The notes beneath the pieces are model-generated. The model was not told the origin of the DNA and searched no databases. It saw nothing but the letters and a program-made list of their open reading frames with translations. Source: Leptolyngbyaceae cyanobacterium (GTDB taxonomy: Bacteria; Cyanobacteriota; Cyanobacteriia; Phormidesmidales; Phormidesmidaceae). Taken from it: DNA of 64,000 nt. The translations under genes were made by a program, and so were the position numbers. The first letter of the stretch is position 1; every line of letters begins with the position of its first letter. Location of the stretch: positions 17,299-81,298 of the forward strand of contig CBDHHL010000034.1 in the NCBI GenBank assembly GCA_965263355.1. Reading direction: 5' to 3'. Below are positions 9,823-19,492 of this stretch, one piece after another.

Positions 9823-10125
9823 ATGAATCACCCACCGACACAATGCAGTAATTTCCTGGACGAGAAAGGCAACCCCTTGGTTGTCACGTCCGACGATATT
9901 GCCAAGGCGGTCAGTTGGTATGAGGCCAACTGGATGACCGTTTCTATGGCACTGCCAGTGACTGTGTGGGGCACTGTCTACTCGGTGCGTTGGCAAGAAA
10001 GATTTGACAGCCAAACGCTGCCACTGTGGCGGAAGGGGGAGCTGCGGCTAAACCTGGCTGTTGCCTATGTCTATGCCGCATTGAGAAGGCTGTGTGCTGT
10101 GCTAAAGAGCAAAGCCAAACCCTAG
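9823..10125 (+). CDS. hypothetical phage protein
   Basis: ORF in the rightward operon. Confidence 0.45.
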   Translation: MNHPPTQCSNFLDEKGNPLVVTSDDIAKAVSWYEANWMTVSMALPVTVWGTVYSVRWQERFDSQTLPLWRKGELRLNLAVAYVYAALRRLCAVLKSKAKP

Positions 10126-10174
10126 GCAAACTGCATCTACCGTTCACTTCAGTAAACATCACCCTGAAATCATC

Positions 10175-11011
10175 ATGAAACAGATAACCCAAGAGAGGGG
10201 GCGGGATTGTACGCCTGGGAGCAAGCTGTTTGACTCATCACTAGTTAATGAAGTCGCAAAAATTCTAGACGAGGGAAGCCCAGAAAGAGTACATCAAGTG
10301 CTTTGCGCGGCTGGACTAAATGACAACAGAAGACCAAGATTGAGCTGGGTTAGGATTGCTGCTCCAAAGGGGTTTAATTCACTGCATGAGCTATGGGAAA
10401 AGTATGACGGACTGGTCCCACACGATCCAGGTTACGTTTATTTGGTTTATGCAGAAGGCAGCCCTTATTTCAAAATAGGAAAAACTAATAACCCAAAGCG
10501 CCGAATCTGGAAAGAGATATCTCCTGTCATGCCTTTTGAGTGCCAGCTTGTAAAGCTGTGGCCAACAAATCATATGACATGGGCAGAAAAAACTTTGCAT
10601 GAAGAATACGAACATCGGAGGGGTAAGGGCGAATGGTTTAGGCTTACAAATTCAGATTTAAGCTATTTATTATGCCCGTCCCAAGAAAACTATATTAACG
10701 ACCATGCTGGCAATAAAATATGGGATTCTTTTCAACTAAAAGACGATGGCTGCCCCTGGGATGAATGGGTGAAACTTCATCACATCGCTAATTTGCTTTT
10801 CCCTGACGTCATTGGCCACACTACCCCGTCATCTTCTGAGGCAATTCAAGGCTTCTTCCAAGATATTACAAATCAATATCATCCTTTATCTTTGGAAATT
10901 CAGGATGCGGTTAATACTGGCCGCACAATAAGCAATGTAGCCGCAAGCAGATTTTTGGATGACTCCGTTCAATTGTTGCCCGACATTGACATCCTAGGAG
11001 GTGCGGCATGA
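10175..11011 (+). CDS. GIY-YIG / T5orf172-domain protein
   Basis: GYVYLV...YFKIGKTNNPKRRI...EKTLH...GEWFRL. Confidence 0.85.
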   Translation: MKQITQERGRDCTPGSKLFDSSLVNEVAKILDEGSPERVHQVLCAAGLNDNRRPRLSWVRIAAPKGFNSLHELWEKYDGLVPHDPGYVYLVYAEGSPYFKIGKTNNPKRRIWKEISPVMPFECQLVKLWPTNHMTWAEKTLHEEYEHRRGKGEWFRLTNSDLSYLLCPSQENYINDHAGNKIWDSFQLKDDGCPWDEWVKLHHIANLLFPDVIGHTTPSSSEAIQGFFQDITNQYHPLSLEIQDAVNTGRTISNVAASRFLDDSVQLLPDIDILGGAA

Positions 11012-12069
11012 AGTGGTTCAGGCTTTATGACGAGATACAGTACGATCCCAAGCTGAGAAGGATGCCCATACCTCACAGGTATGCATTTATTGTCCTTTTA
11101 TGCATAGCCAATCGATCAAAGGTGCGAGGGGCGATCATCAATTTAGATGACGACGACTTGGCCTTTGAGCTGGAAATGGAGTTAGAAGATTGGCTCACTT
11201 TGAAAGCAAAGTTTAGGGCAAAAGGGCTTATTGAGCCAATCGAAGGGGGTATAAAAATAAGCAATTGGGATGAGCGACAATTCGCCTCAGACTCAAGCGC
11301 AGAAAGGGTTAAGAGGTATAGAGAAAAAAGGGCGAAACGTGAGTGTAACGTTACAGAAACGTTAGTGAAACGTGACGGTAACGACGAAGAAACGTTAGTG
11401 AAACGCCATGTAACGCCCTCAGATACAGATCCAGATCCAGATCCAGAAAAGAAAGAAAAGAAAGAAAAGAGCACCGCTAGCGCGAGTGCGTCTACAGCAT
11501 CCCAGGGTGGGAAGCCAAAGCCTCAGAAAAAGCCTCCCAAGAAATTAACCAAGGTCCAATGCCAGGAACTAGTCGACATCTACCATGAACTAAAGCCTGA
11601 ATTGTGGGCTGAGGTGAAAGTGCTTGGCGAGAAGCGTCTTGACATGGCAGATCGTGCTTATCAGTCGATGGGCAGAGATATTGAGGCGACTAAGGCAATA
11701 GTCTCTAGTGCCTTGAGGTATGTGTCCACTCAGGATTGGTGGACTGAAAAGAAAGGGAAGTTCACCTTTGGGACTCTATTTGAGCGTGGTAAGGGGGGGC
11801 AGGGCGAGTATCGATTTATTGAGTGGTCAGAGCTAGAAAGCTCTAAAGAATCCCAGGAGGATGTCAAAAAAGACCGGGTGGGCGCTGCTATCCGGCAAGA
11901 AATTGACAGGCTGAGGATAAACGGCGTTGTCCCTGAACAATTCCGAGGCAGCCCTGACCAGATGGTCGTTTCTCAGCTGGGCCTAGATTCAGCGACTCGA
12001 TACCTGGATTGGCTGAGGCAGCAGCCAGACCCAAAGCCAGCATGGGAGAATAGCTATGTCGCAGCATAA
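11008..12069 (+). CDS. phage replication initiator (lambda O / replisome-organiser-like)
   Basis: MKWFRLY...DPKL N-terminus, ISNWDERQ, SAERVKRYREK, low-complexity linker with iterons, directly upstream of the helicase. Confidence 0.8.
   Translation: MKWFRLYDEIQYDPKLRRMPIPHRYAFIVLLCIANRSKVRGAIINLDDDDLAFELEMELEDWLTLKAKFRAKGLIEPIEGGIKISNWDERQFASDSSAERVKRYREKRAKRECNVTETLVKRDGNDEETLVKRHVTPSDTDPDPDPEKKEKKEKSTASASASTASQGGKPKPQKKPPKKLTKVQCQELVDIYHELKPELWAEVKVLGEKRLDMADRAYQSMGRDIEATKAIVSSALRYVSTQDWWTEKKGKFTFGTLFERGKGGQGEYRFIEWSELESSKESQEDVKKDRVGAAIRQEIDRLRINGVVPEQFRGSPDQMVVSQLGLDSATRYLDWLRQQPDPKPAWENSYVAA
11334..11470 (+). repeat. putative replication origin: ~11-bp-phased G(A/T)AACG iterons plus A-rich tract
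   Basis: Eight G(A/T)AACG units about 11 bp apart; GAAACGTTAGTGAAACG twice; then CAGAT(A/C) repeats and GAAAAGAAA repeats. Confidence 0.7.
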
Positions 12070-14182
12070 CCAATTCACTCTCAATAAGCGCTCCAATCCT
12101 TGCCCTATCTGCGATTCAGATGACGGGAGATGCAAGGAGTCTGCTGAGGGGATTCAGCTTTGCATGGGCGTTTTGACGAAACAAGACGTTCCTGGGTTTG
12201 AATTTCGGGGGACGACCAAAAATAACGTTTGGGGTCTCTGGGTTCAGTCTCAGAATTTTGCGAGTCCTCAGGAAAAAGCTGCTTGGCAGACTGAGCTAGA
12301 ACGCAAAAAGCTTCAGCGCTATATGGCTGAGCAGAAAGAGCGTGAAACTGCGCTAAATGCCCAAGACCGTCATGCTAGCTATAAGAAAATGTTTGCTCAG
12401 CTCAGCATTGAAGACTGCGATCTCACTGACCTCTTGAACCGTGGCTTCACGGAGAGGCAAATCGCCGAGATTGGCTTCAAGTCTGTTGGTAAATGGCATC
12501 GCCTTGACGAGCCTGTAAACCCGAAATTGCCAGGGGTTGACTCCAAGGGAGAGCGCTTAAATGTTCCATTCCCAGGGTATCTTTGCCCTGCTTATGACGC
12601 CGACGGGCATATTTGCGGCGCTCAGGTTCGCAGCCGAGGCAATGAAGGCCCTCGATACTACTGGTTGACCAGTCGGAGTAAGAAGAATATCCACGGGGCC
12701 ACTCCTCACATGCCATCAGGCGAGCTGCCACTATCGGTTTACTGGCCTAATGAGGTAACTAAGAACCAGATCGCATTTGTCGAAGGTATCGGTCCTAAGC
12801 CTGCGTTAGCTGCAATACGTCTAGGGTGTCCTGTAGTGGGCGCTGCGGGTGCTCAATGGGGTTCAGGTCGTTCTGAGCTTAAGGCCGCCCTCTGCGCGAT
12901 TCTGGCGCGTTTAGACGGGGCTGTTGATTATGTGCTCTATCCAGATGGTGGGATGCTCGACGCTCGTCATGAGGGCGTAAGAGACCGCTATCGAGATCTG
13001 GCGGTTTCTTTGGGCGCTGAGCTTAAAATTGCTTGGTGGGGGCAGGTCGCGCATGGCCAAGACATTGACGAGGTACCCAAGGACACGCAGATAGGGATTA
13101 TTGGCTGGGCTGAATTTGAGGCCATGGCTGATGGTGATGGTGAAATCCCTCAAGAGGTTTTGCTAGAGGTTGAGGTATCTAAGTACAGCCAACTTGCTGA
13201 AAAACCTTATGCTCAGACGTTGCAGGAGAACAAGATTGGCTCAGAATTTGGGGTTCGCGGGAAAAGACTCCAAGCATTGGTAAATTTTGCGGGCAGTCAT
13301 TCCAATGGCCTTGGCTCAAGTATTGCCGAAGTTGGGTGTGAGTTATTTACGGAGATTGAAGAAAGAAGCCTAAATGGGCTGCCCTTAGGCGTATCTACTG
13401 GCTTCACGGACTTAGATGAGATGCTGGGGGGTGGGTTCCAAGAGGGAGATTTGATTGTCCCAATAGGCAGAGCGGCCATGGGTAAAACCGCGTGGACTCT
13501 GAATGCAGCGGCAAATGTTGCGCAGTCAGGGGCTGAGGTAGTTTTTTTCTCGTTTGAAATGGATAAGAAGCGGCTATCTTACCGAATTCTAGCTCTTTTG
13601 TCTGGCATTTCTTCCCAGAGGCTTCGAGCGGGGAAGATTAGTACTAATGAATGGGAGCGCTTAGGGCATGCAACAAACGCTATTACTAGTTTGCCAATTC
13701 ACTTGTTTGATGTTTCTGATTTAGGCGGATCTCCAACAACTGAAGCGTTAAAAAATTGTCTCGACAAGTTGACTATTCAGCCAAAGGTGATTTTTGTTGA
13801 CTATCTTCAGTTAATGACTTCAACCCTTAGGGATGATGCAAGTGAGGCCACGAAATTAGGGCAAGTTAGCCGAGGGTTGAAGTTTCTCGCAACAGAAAGA
13901 CATGTTCCTGTTGTTGCGTTGGCTCAAGTTAATCGTAGTGTTCAAGACAGAGCTAACAAAAGGCCAACCATGAGTGATATTCGCTCTAGCGGCTCTATTG
14001 AACAGGACGCCGATATTGTCTTGGGACTTTATCGAGACGACTATTACGACGAAAATTCGCCCGACAGAGGGATTACTGAGCTGATTTTTTTGAAGCACCG
14101 AGATGGCCCGACAGGCACGGTGAAGCTCTTGTTTGAGCCAGAGTTTACAAGGTTTAGGAATTTGACACCAACGATTGGATAG
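12056..14182 (+). CDS. primase-like (Zn finger + Toprim) / DnaB helicase fusion
   Basis: NPCPICD...C N-terminus, IAFVEG and YPDGG Toprim-like motifs; GRAAMGKT, IFVDYLQL, RSSGSIEQDAD, KHRDGPTG DnaB motifs. Confidence 0.9.
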   Translation: MSQHNQFTLNKRSNPCPICDSDDGRCKESAEGIQLCMGVLTKQDVPGFEFRGTTKNNVWGLWVQSQNFASPQEKAAWQTELERKKLQRYMAEQKERETALNAQDRHASYKKMFAQLSIEDCDLTDLLNRGFTERQIAEIGFKSVGKWHRLDEPVNPKLPGVDSKGERLNVPFPGYLCPAYDADGHICGAQVRSRGNEGPRYYWLTSRSKKNIHGATPHMPSGELPLSVYWPNEVTKNQIAFVEGIGPKPALAAIRLGCPVVGAAGAQWGSGRSELKAALCAILARLDGAVDYVLYPDGGMLDARHEGVRDRYRDLAVSLGAELKIAWWGQVAHGQDIDEVPKDTQIGIIGWAEFEAMADGDGEIPQEVLLEVEVSKYSQLAEKPYAQTLQENKIGSEFGVRGKRLQALVNFAGSHSNGLGSSIAEVGCELFTEIEERSLNGLPLGVSTGFTDLDEMLGGGFQEGDLIVPIGRAAMGKTAWTLNAAANVAQSGAEVVFFSFEMDKKRLSYRILALLSGISSQRLRAGKISTNEWERLGHATNAITSLPIHLFDVSDLGGSPTTEALKNCLDKLTIQPKVIFVDYLQLMTSTLRDDASEATKLGQVSRGLKFLATERHVPVVALAQVNRSVQDRANKRPTMSDIRSSGSIEQDADIVLGLYRDDYYDENSPDRGITELIFLKHRDGPTGTVKLLFEPEFTRFRNLTPTIG

Positions 14183-14347
14183 GAGACGAGGAATCATGAG
14201 AAGAGAAACATTTGACGAACATTGGATTACGGGCACTCGCTATCAGCTCTTTGAGCCCAAGCTGTGGCGATGGCATTGGCCGAAATTGAGAAAGACTGAG
14301 AACGAGATCTTATGGGTTCTGCCAACTATGAGCGTGAGGTGGTTTAG

Positions 14348-14764
14348 ATGACTTGGGACAGGAGCTTATACCCCGGCAACTGGGAGGAAATAGCACTAAG
14401 CGTGAAGGAAGATGCTAGTTGGCACTGCGAGGAGTGTGGTAGGCCATGTCGTAAGCCTGGAGAGTCATTGCAGGGCATGATGCAACGCATTAACTGGAAT
14501 GGCGTACTTGAGGAGTGTTGGCCCACAGAAGAGTGGGAAGATGCGGAAGAGTTTGGACTCATGAAGATTCAAAAGCCCACCCGTTTTGTTCTTACCGTGG
14601 CTCATCTCAACCATAAGCCCGAGGATTGCAGTCGAGGGAACCTAAGGGCGTTGTGCTCGGCGTGCCATCTGGAGTATGACAACTCGACTAGTTCGAGATT
14701 TCGGAAGCGACAGGTTAAGGCAGAGAGAACAGGACAGTTAAATTTGTTGGAGATAGTAGCATGA
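14348..14764 (+). CDS. HNH endonuclease
   Basis: YPGNWEEI, CEECG, LTVAHLNH, NLRALCSACH. Confidence 0.85.
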   Translation: MTWDRSLYPGNWEEIALSVKEDASWHCEECGRPCRKPGESLQGMMQRINWNGVLEECWPTEEWEDAEEFGLMKIQKPTRFVLTVAHLNHKPEDCSRGNLRALCSACHLEYDNSTSSRFRKRQVKAERTGQLNLLEIVA

Positions 14765-15174
14765 GCACTTGCAAAAAAGTTTTTATTAGCAGTCCCTATA
14801 CATTGGGGGATACTGCCGCAAACGTGAGACTGCAGCATGACGCGTTCAATGCGTTGTTGCAGCTGGGTCATGCTCCACTTGCGCCATTGTTTTCTCACTA
14901 TCATGAGTTGATTTATCCTCAACCTTATGAAATGTGGTTGCGGTGGTGCATGCCCTGGGTAGCTGCATCTGATTGCGTTCTAAGACTTCCAGGGATCAGC
15001 TCAGGCGCTGATAGGGAATGTGAGTTCGCGCGGGAAAACGGTGTCATTGTTTTTGATAGCTGGATGACCGCAAAATCTGGGTTGATTTTGCCTAGATTTG
15101 AAGGAACTAAAGCAGCTGGAATTTTAGAGAAATTATTTTCAAATGACAATTGGAGGCTGGAGAATGAAGCTTAA
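14761..15174 (+). CDS. DUF4406 / nucleoside deoxyribosyltransferase-like protein
   Basis: KVFISSPYT...DCVLRLPG.SSGADREC. Confidence 0.7.
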   Translation: MSTCKKVFISSPYTLGDTAANVRLQHDAFNALLQLGHAPLAPLFSHYHELIYPQPYEMWLRWCMPWVAASDCVLRLPGISSGADRECEFARENGVIVFDSWMTAKSGLILPRFEGTKAAGILEKLFSNDNWRLENEA

Positions 15175-16180
15175 AGCACCTTTCCCTTGGTTTGGCGGGA
15201 AAAGTCGAGCCGCCCATTTGATCTGGCAAGCGTTTGGGGACGTCCCAAACTATGTAGAACCGTTCGCGGGCAGTCTGGCCACTGTGTTGTTACGGGAAGG
15301 GTACGATCCGTTGCAACATACTGAAACAGTCAACGACTTAGATTGTTATGTCGCCAATTTTTGGCGTGCATTGCAGCATGACCCTGATAGCGTTTCCCAT
15401 TGGTGCGATCAGCCAGTCAATGAAGCTGACCTACATGCTAGACATAAGTGGCTGATCTCTCGTACTGATTTCAGGGAAAAGATGCTAAGAGATCCTGACT
15501 TTTATGATGTCAAGGTTGCTGGCTGGTGGGTGTGGGGGCTGTGCTGTTGGATTGGCTCAGGGTGGTGTCGTCTAGATGAGGCAGCTTCAACACAGCTACC
15601 TCATCTAGACGACACTGGGCGGGGAGTTCATCGCAAAAGGCCCGATTTACGTTTCGGTCGGGGAGTTCATCGCAAAAGGCCTCATTTAGGTGACACTGGG
15701 CAGGGAGACTTGCTTGAGTATCTTCATGCACTGGCTGACAGGCTGCGGCGTGTTCGTGTTTGTTGTGGGGACTGGCAACGGGTTTTAGGCCCATCTCCTA
15801 CCCATAAAATAGGGCTTACAGCAATTTTGTTAGACCCACCCTATCGTCAGGATTTAAGAGCGGATCTTTACTCAGTAGAAACTGAAGTGAGCGAAAAAGT
15901 TGGAGAATGGGCGACGGAGAACGGGAAAAACCCTAGCCTAAGGATCGTGTTGTGTGGCTATGAGGGTGAACATAAGATGCCTGGAGACTGGCGTAAAGTG
16001 CGTTGGAAATGTGGAAAAGGATACGCAGGACAGAACACTAAAGCGGAGAACAACAATCGAGACCTAGAAACACTCTGGCTGTCTCCAGCTTGCTTGCCTG
16101 TGGACGGCGAGTTCTATATAGACGGTCGAAAAACTACAAGCAAAAAACAACTGGATATTTGGGAGGTATTGACAGCATGA
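15164..16180 (+). CDS. Dam/D12-class N6-adenine DNA methyltransferase
   Basis: PFPWFGGKS, YVEPFAGS, VNDLD, LDPPY; GGAGG RBS before ATG at 15164. Confidence 0.88.
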   Translation: MKLKAPFPWFGGKSRAAHLIWQAFGDVPNYVEPFAGSLATVLLREGYDPLQHTETVNDLDCYVANFWRALQHDPDSVSHWCDQPVNEADLHARHKWLISRTDFREKMLRDPDFYDVKVAGWWVWGLCCWIGSGWCRLDEAASTQLPHLDDTGRGVHRKRPDLRFGRGVHRKRPHLGDTGQGDLLEYLHALADRLRRVRVCCGDWQRVLGPSPTHKIGLTAILLDPPYRQDLRADLYSVETEVSEKVGEWATENGKNPSLRIVLCGYEGEHKMPGDWRKVRWKCGKGYAGQNTKAENNNRDLETLWLSPACLPVDGEFYIDGRKTTSKKQLDIWEVLTA

Positions 16181-16932
16181 TGGACCCATTGTTTAGGGTT
16201 GAGCTTTTGAACCGATATGAATTGCCTCAACGCATGATTTGGCGCGACATGCATCAATGTTACTCAGATGAGTTTGTTGCTGATCAAAACGCGCCTTCTG
16301 AGGAAGAGGCGGGAAGATTGATTGTCAAGCATTTGCTAAAAGGTGGTCGGGGGCATTACGGCCCTCTCGAAAATCCGCAAATTAGCTTCAATGTTGGCTG
16401 GTTCCCGCATTCTACGATGCAGCAAATGAGAACCCACCGAGTAGGGGTTCATTTTAGTGTTCAGTCATTCCGATATACGGGCAGGCAGTTTCTGTCAGCT
16501 TACGATCAGATTGGGATGCTCGATCTTGATAGTGAGGACAGAGATATTATCCAAAAGCTTTTTTATATTAGACCTGAAGGCGAATATACAGATCGCCAAG
16601 GGAAGCGTTACACAGTCACTACTGAACAAAGAGAAGAAGACATCGAATGGTGCTGGGAAGCCATCCGGCATTACCGAAACAGAGTTTTTCGTGATGGTTA
16701 TTCAGAAGAACATGCACGAGGAACAATCCCTTTTGACGTAAGACAGCACTGGGTAATGTCGGCCAATGTCCGGTCTTTGATGCATATCTTAGATCTCAGG
16801 GCTAAGGCTGATGCCCAGCTAGAGGCTCAGCAGCTTTGTGAATTGATATGGCCGCATTTTGAGGAGTGGGTACCTCAGATCGCTGAATGGTACAAGGAAA
16901 ACCGCTGGAAAAAGGCAAAGCTAGCGCCATGA
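16177..16932 (+). CDS. thyX: FAD-dependent thymidylate synthase
   Basis: GHYGPLE, QMRTHRVGVHFSVQSFRY, EHARGTIP, RSLMHILDLR, AQLE; cyanobacterial type. Confidence 0.93.
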   Translation: MMDPLFRVELLNRYELPQRMIWRDMHQCYSDEFVADQNAPSEEEAGRLIVKHLLKGGRGHYGPLENPQISFNVGWFPHSTMQQMRTHRVGVHFSVQSFRYTGRQFLSAYDQIGMLDLDSEDRDIIQKLFYIRPEGEYTDRQGKRYTVTTEQREEDIEWCWEAIRHYRNRVFRDGYSEEHARGTIPFDVRQHWVMSANVRSLMHILDLRAKADAQLEAQQLCELIWPHFEEWVPQIAEWYKENRWKKAKLAP

Positions 16933-17219
16933 ACTGTCCAGAAGAAATCAAAATAATTGCTCGCCAAAACGAAATGAATTTACAATATCCTCGCCCTAAG
17001 CCTGAGCCTGAGCCTAAGCCTGATGGGGCGTCATGGCCGGAAATAATATTCGGGATAATTATCTTGCCATTCGCTCTGTTGACTGTTGGGATAACGACGA
17101 TGATCGTCTATTGGATATCCCTGCAAGATCAGCGACGCACGGAGCAGTGGCGGGCAGCCGCACGTTCGAGTCCTGAGGAGTATTTAGAACGCTGTTTTAA
17201 GCTGGGAGGAAAACGGTGA
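16929..17219 (+). CDS. single-pass membrane protein with PE/PK linker
   Basis: PKPEPEPKP then hydrophobic IIFGIIILPFALLTVGITTMIVYW. Confidence 0.5.
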   Translation: MNCPEEIKIIARQNEMNLQYPRPKPEPEPKPDGASWPEIIFGIIILPFALLTVGITTMIVYWISLQDQRRTEQWRAAARSSPEEYLERCFKLGGKR

Positions 17220-17276
17220 CAAGTGCTAAAGAGATCTTCACGCAACGCGCCAAACAGTATTACGAGAAAAAATACC

Positions 17277-18737
17277 CTAACGGTAAAATTGAACCTTTAC
17301 CCGTTGTTGTGGCGAAAGTTGTTTCCCATGAACAACAACCTGCTTGATTAGTGAGTCAAGAATTATCCTTAGCTCACTGGGGGCTAGTTCTTCCCAGAAT
17401 TCAGGATCAGCAGCAACCGTTTCGTAAATGTCAACGTCGTTTGGATCTACGTCTTGCCCAGTGGCTTGCTCTAGCTTTGATAGTTGCTGCTGCTTAATCT
17501 GAATCACATCACTCAGTTCTGGATCAGCCATTGCCTGTAGCTGCTGTATCTGGTTTCTGAGTTTTATTATTTCTGGGTTCACTTCAGTGTTCGGCTCAGC
17601 AAATTCTTGAGCAATTTCGAGTGCCCTAGCGCAAACCTGTGAGATCACTTCCTTGAAGAATTGATCCGTTTTAATTGAATTCTTATAAGGGCACTGTCTT
17701 TTCACTCGGCTGTTAATGGTTGATTCTGATCCTCCACGGCAAACCAGATATGAATACGTTTTTCCCTGCCTATGGACAGTGCTATTATTATGCCGACCAC
17801 CGCATAAGCCGCATTTAATTTTGCCAGCCAATGGCTTTCTGCTTCTGGGCTTCCCATCGTTCATCGGATTAGGAGCAGAGGCAATATTTTCGACAGTTAC
17901 TTGCACAGCTCGCCATCGGTCAGGGTCCATAATCGCTTCATGGTCTCCCTTCCTGACTAGCTCATTAGGCTTGCCAGGGAAATCAACCAGATAACCACGA
18001 ATCACGGGAGATTTAACCCATCGCATAAATCCCTTAGTACTGACAGGGAAGTTTTTAGCAACACCCCATCTATCGGGATGCTTTTCGCCATAACGACCGC
18101 ACATTGCCCGAATAGTGGCCCGATATCCTCCAAGCTCAATTAGAGTGTCAATCATCTCAATAGCAATTTCCCGATAGGTTTTCCCGTCAGAACCAGGGAA
18201 AATATCATCATTAATTACTAGCCGCTGGTCACTGTCCTTTTTATAGCCAAATGGCGGATTAACTATCCTGTTTTGACTACGCCTGAACGCATGCCCTTTT
18301 ACGCTGTGTTCTCGTGCCTGGTCCCGTTGATGCTGCGCAAATGTGGCATCCAGGTTAGCTTGCAGGTTCCCAGCTGCACTGGTCAAGTCGATAGGCTTGA
18401 TCCCTTTGTCCAGCTCGATTAATTCGCAGTCATTTTCTAAAAGTGCATCCCTGATTTTTACCCACACTCCAATATCTCGATGCCCCCTGGAGTGATACGG
18501 GACTACAAAGTATTTCTTATTAGGATTTTTCAACCTGGCTAATGCTTTTTGTAAATCCTTGCGTTCGAATATGCCGCCGGATTCAGCGTCAGAATAAATA
18601 TCAGTAGGAGCAATGCCGACCGCTTCAAGACGCTCTAAATAACGCTCGGGACTATGGCCCTCTTGCTCCTGCCGCTGCGTCGAAACACGATAGTATCCAA
18701 TGGCCTGAGATGGATCGAAGCTACTGCTTGCGGGCAA
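17277..18737 (-). CDS. large serine recombinase (integrase), XisF-like
   Basis: GYYRVST catalytic Ser motif, DAESG, PPFGY recombinase domain, PLAGKIKCGLCG Zn ribbon, coiled coil. Confidence 0.93.
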   Translation of the reverse strand: MPASSSFDPSQAIGYYRVSTQRQEQEGHSPERYLERLEAVGIAPTDIYSDAESGGIFERKDLQKALARLKNPNKKYFVVPYHSRGHRDIGVWVKIRDALLENDCELIELDKGIKPIDLTSAAGNLQANLDATFAQHQRDQAREHSVKGHAFRRSQNRIVNPPFGYKKDSDQRLVINDDIFPGSDGKTYREIAIEMIDTLIELGGYRATIRAMCGRYGEKHPDRWGVAKNFPVSTKGFMRWVKSPVIRGYLVDFPGKPNELVRKGDHEAIMDPDRWRAVQVTVENIASAPNPMNDGKPRSRKPLAGKIKCGLCGGRHNNSTVHRQGKTYSYLVCRGGSESTINSRVKRQCPYKNSIKTDQFFKEVISQVCARALEIAQEFAEPNTEVNPEIIKLRNQIQQLQAMADPELSDVIQIKQQQLSKLEQATGQDVDPNDVDIYETVAADPEFWEELAPSELRIILDSLIKQVVVHGKQLSPQQRVKVQFYR

Positions 18738-18908
18738 CTTGACACCTGCTTAACACACCACAAAGCATGATATCATCATTGTTGTACGCCAAGGGTTTAG
18801 CCCTGGCTTAGGAAATAATGCACAACTAAGACGGCATAATGGTAGATCTTTCTCGTCGTGAGTAGATTGTTCCAGCTCATTGAAAGGGATCGAAGTTGAT
18901 TTAGCTAA

Positions 18909-18932
18909 AATACCTTACGATTGTAAGGTATT
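18909..18932. promoter_or_regulatory. perfect 10-bp-arm palindrome, probable PadR operator
   Basis: AATACCTTAC-GATT-GTAAGGTATT, 17 bp upstream of the padR-like ATG. Confidence 0.7.
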
Positions 18933-18949
18933 AATTATAGGGCTATTCC

Positions 18950-19264
18950 ATGGCACAGCTAGACCTAACTAACACGCAGGAACTATTGATGACCGTTATC
19001 GAGCATCAGCGCTTGTATGGGCTAGAAATTTGTGATTCAATCGATAAAGCAACAAATGGCCAACGCACAATCCCTGTTGGGTCTTTATATCCGATATTAA
19101 AACGCTTAGAGAATAGAGGTTTTGTCACATCTGAATGGGGCGAGGCTACAGAAAGCGGGGAAGGGGCGCGACGAAAATATTACTCTCTGACTGATGCAGG
19201 AAAAGATTTTTTGAATAAAACACGCGCCATTCGTGAGTTAGTGAATGCAGCTGCTGGCAACTGA
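18950..19264 (+). CDS. PadR-family transcriptional regulator
   Basis: LYGLEI, GSLYPILKRLE, GARRKYYSLT. Confidence 0.92.
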   Translation: MAQLDLTNTQELLMTVIEHQRLYGLEICDSIDKATNGQRTIPVGSLYPILKRLENRGFVTSEWGEATESGEGARRKYYSLTDAGKDFLNKTRAIRELVNAAAGN

Positions 19265-19279
19265 AAATCGGCATCCATC

Positions 19280-19492
19280 TTATGGCTGGGCCGATTGCTC
19301 TATCCAGCTTGGGACGTAATCGGTTCTATCGCAGTTCATTCCGTATTCCTGAATCAAAGGCAGAAGGAGCCTGTCGGCTACCCTTGATAGCTCCTCGCTC
19401 AGCAGCACTTCAATCGGAATGTTTAGCTGTTGAGCTTTAGTCAGGGTTTTTGAGCGTATGGAGATGGTGATTGAGGAGGCTTCTGTCATCAT
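19280..19492 (-). CDS. small protein translationally coupled to the Cas12-like gene
   Basis: ATGA overlap with the effector stop; strand-helix-helix pattern (ITISIRSKTLTKAQQL). Confidence 0.5.
   Translation of the reverse strand: MMTEASSITISIRSKTLTKAQQLNIPIEVLLSEELSRVADRLLLPLIQEYGMNCDRTDYVPSWIEQSAQP

Noticed and set aside
18950..19264. Circadian regulator Pex
   Set aside because: Only generic PadR motifs are visible; nothing supports Pex orthology without a search.
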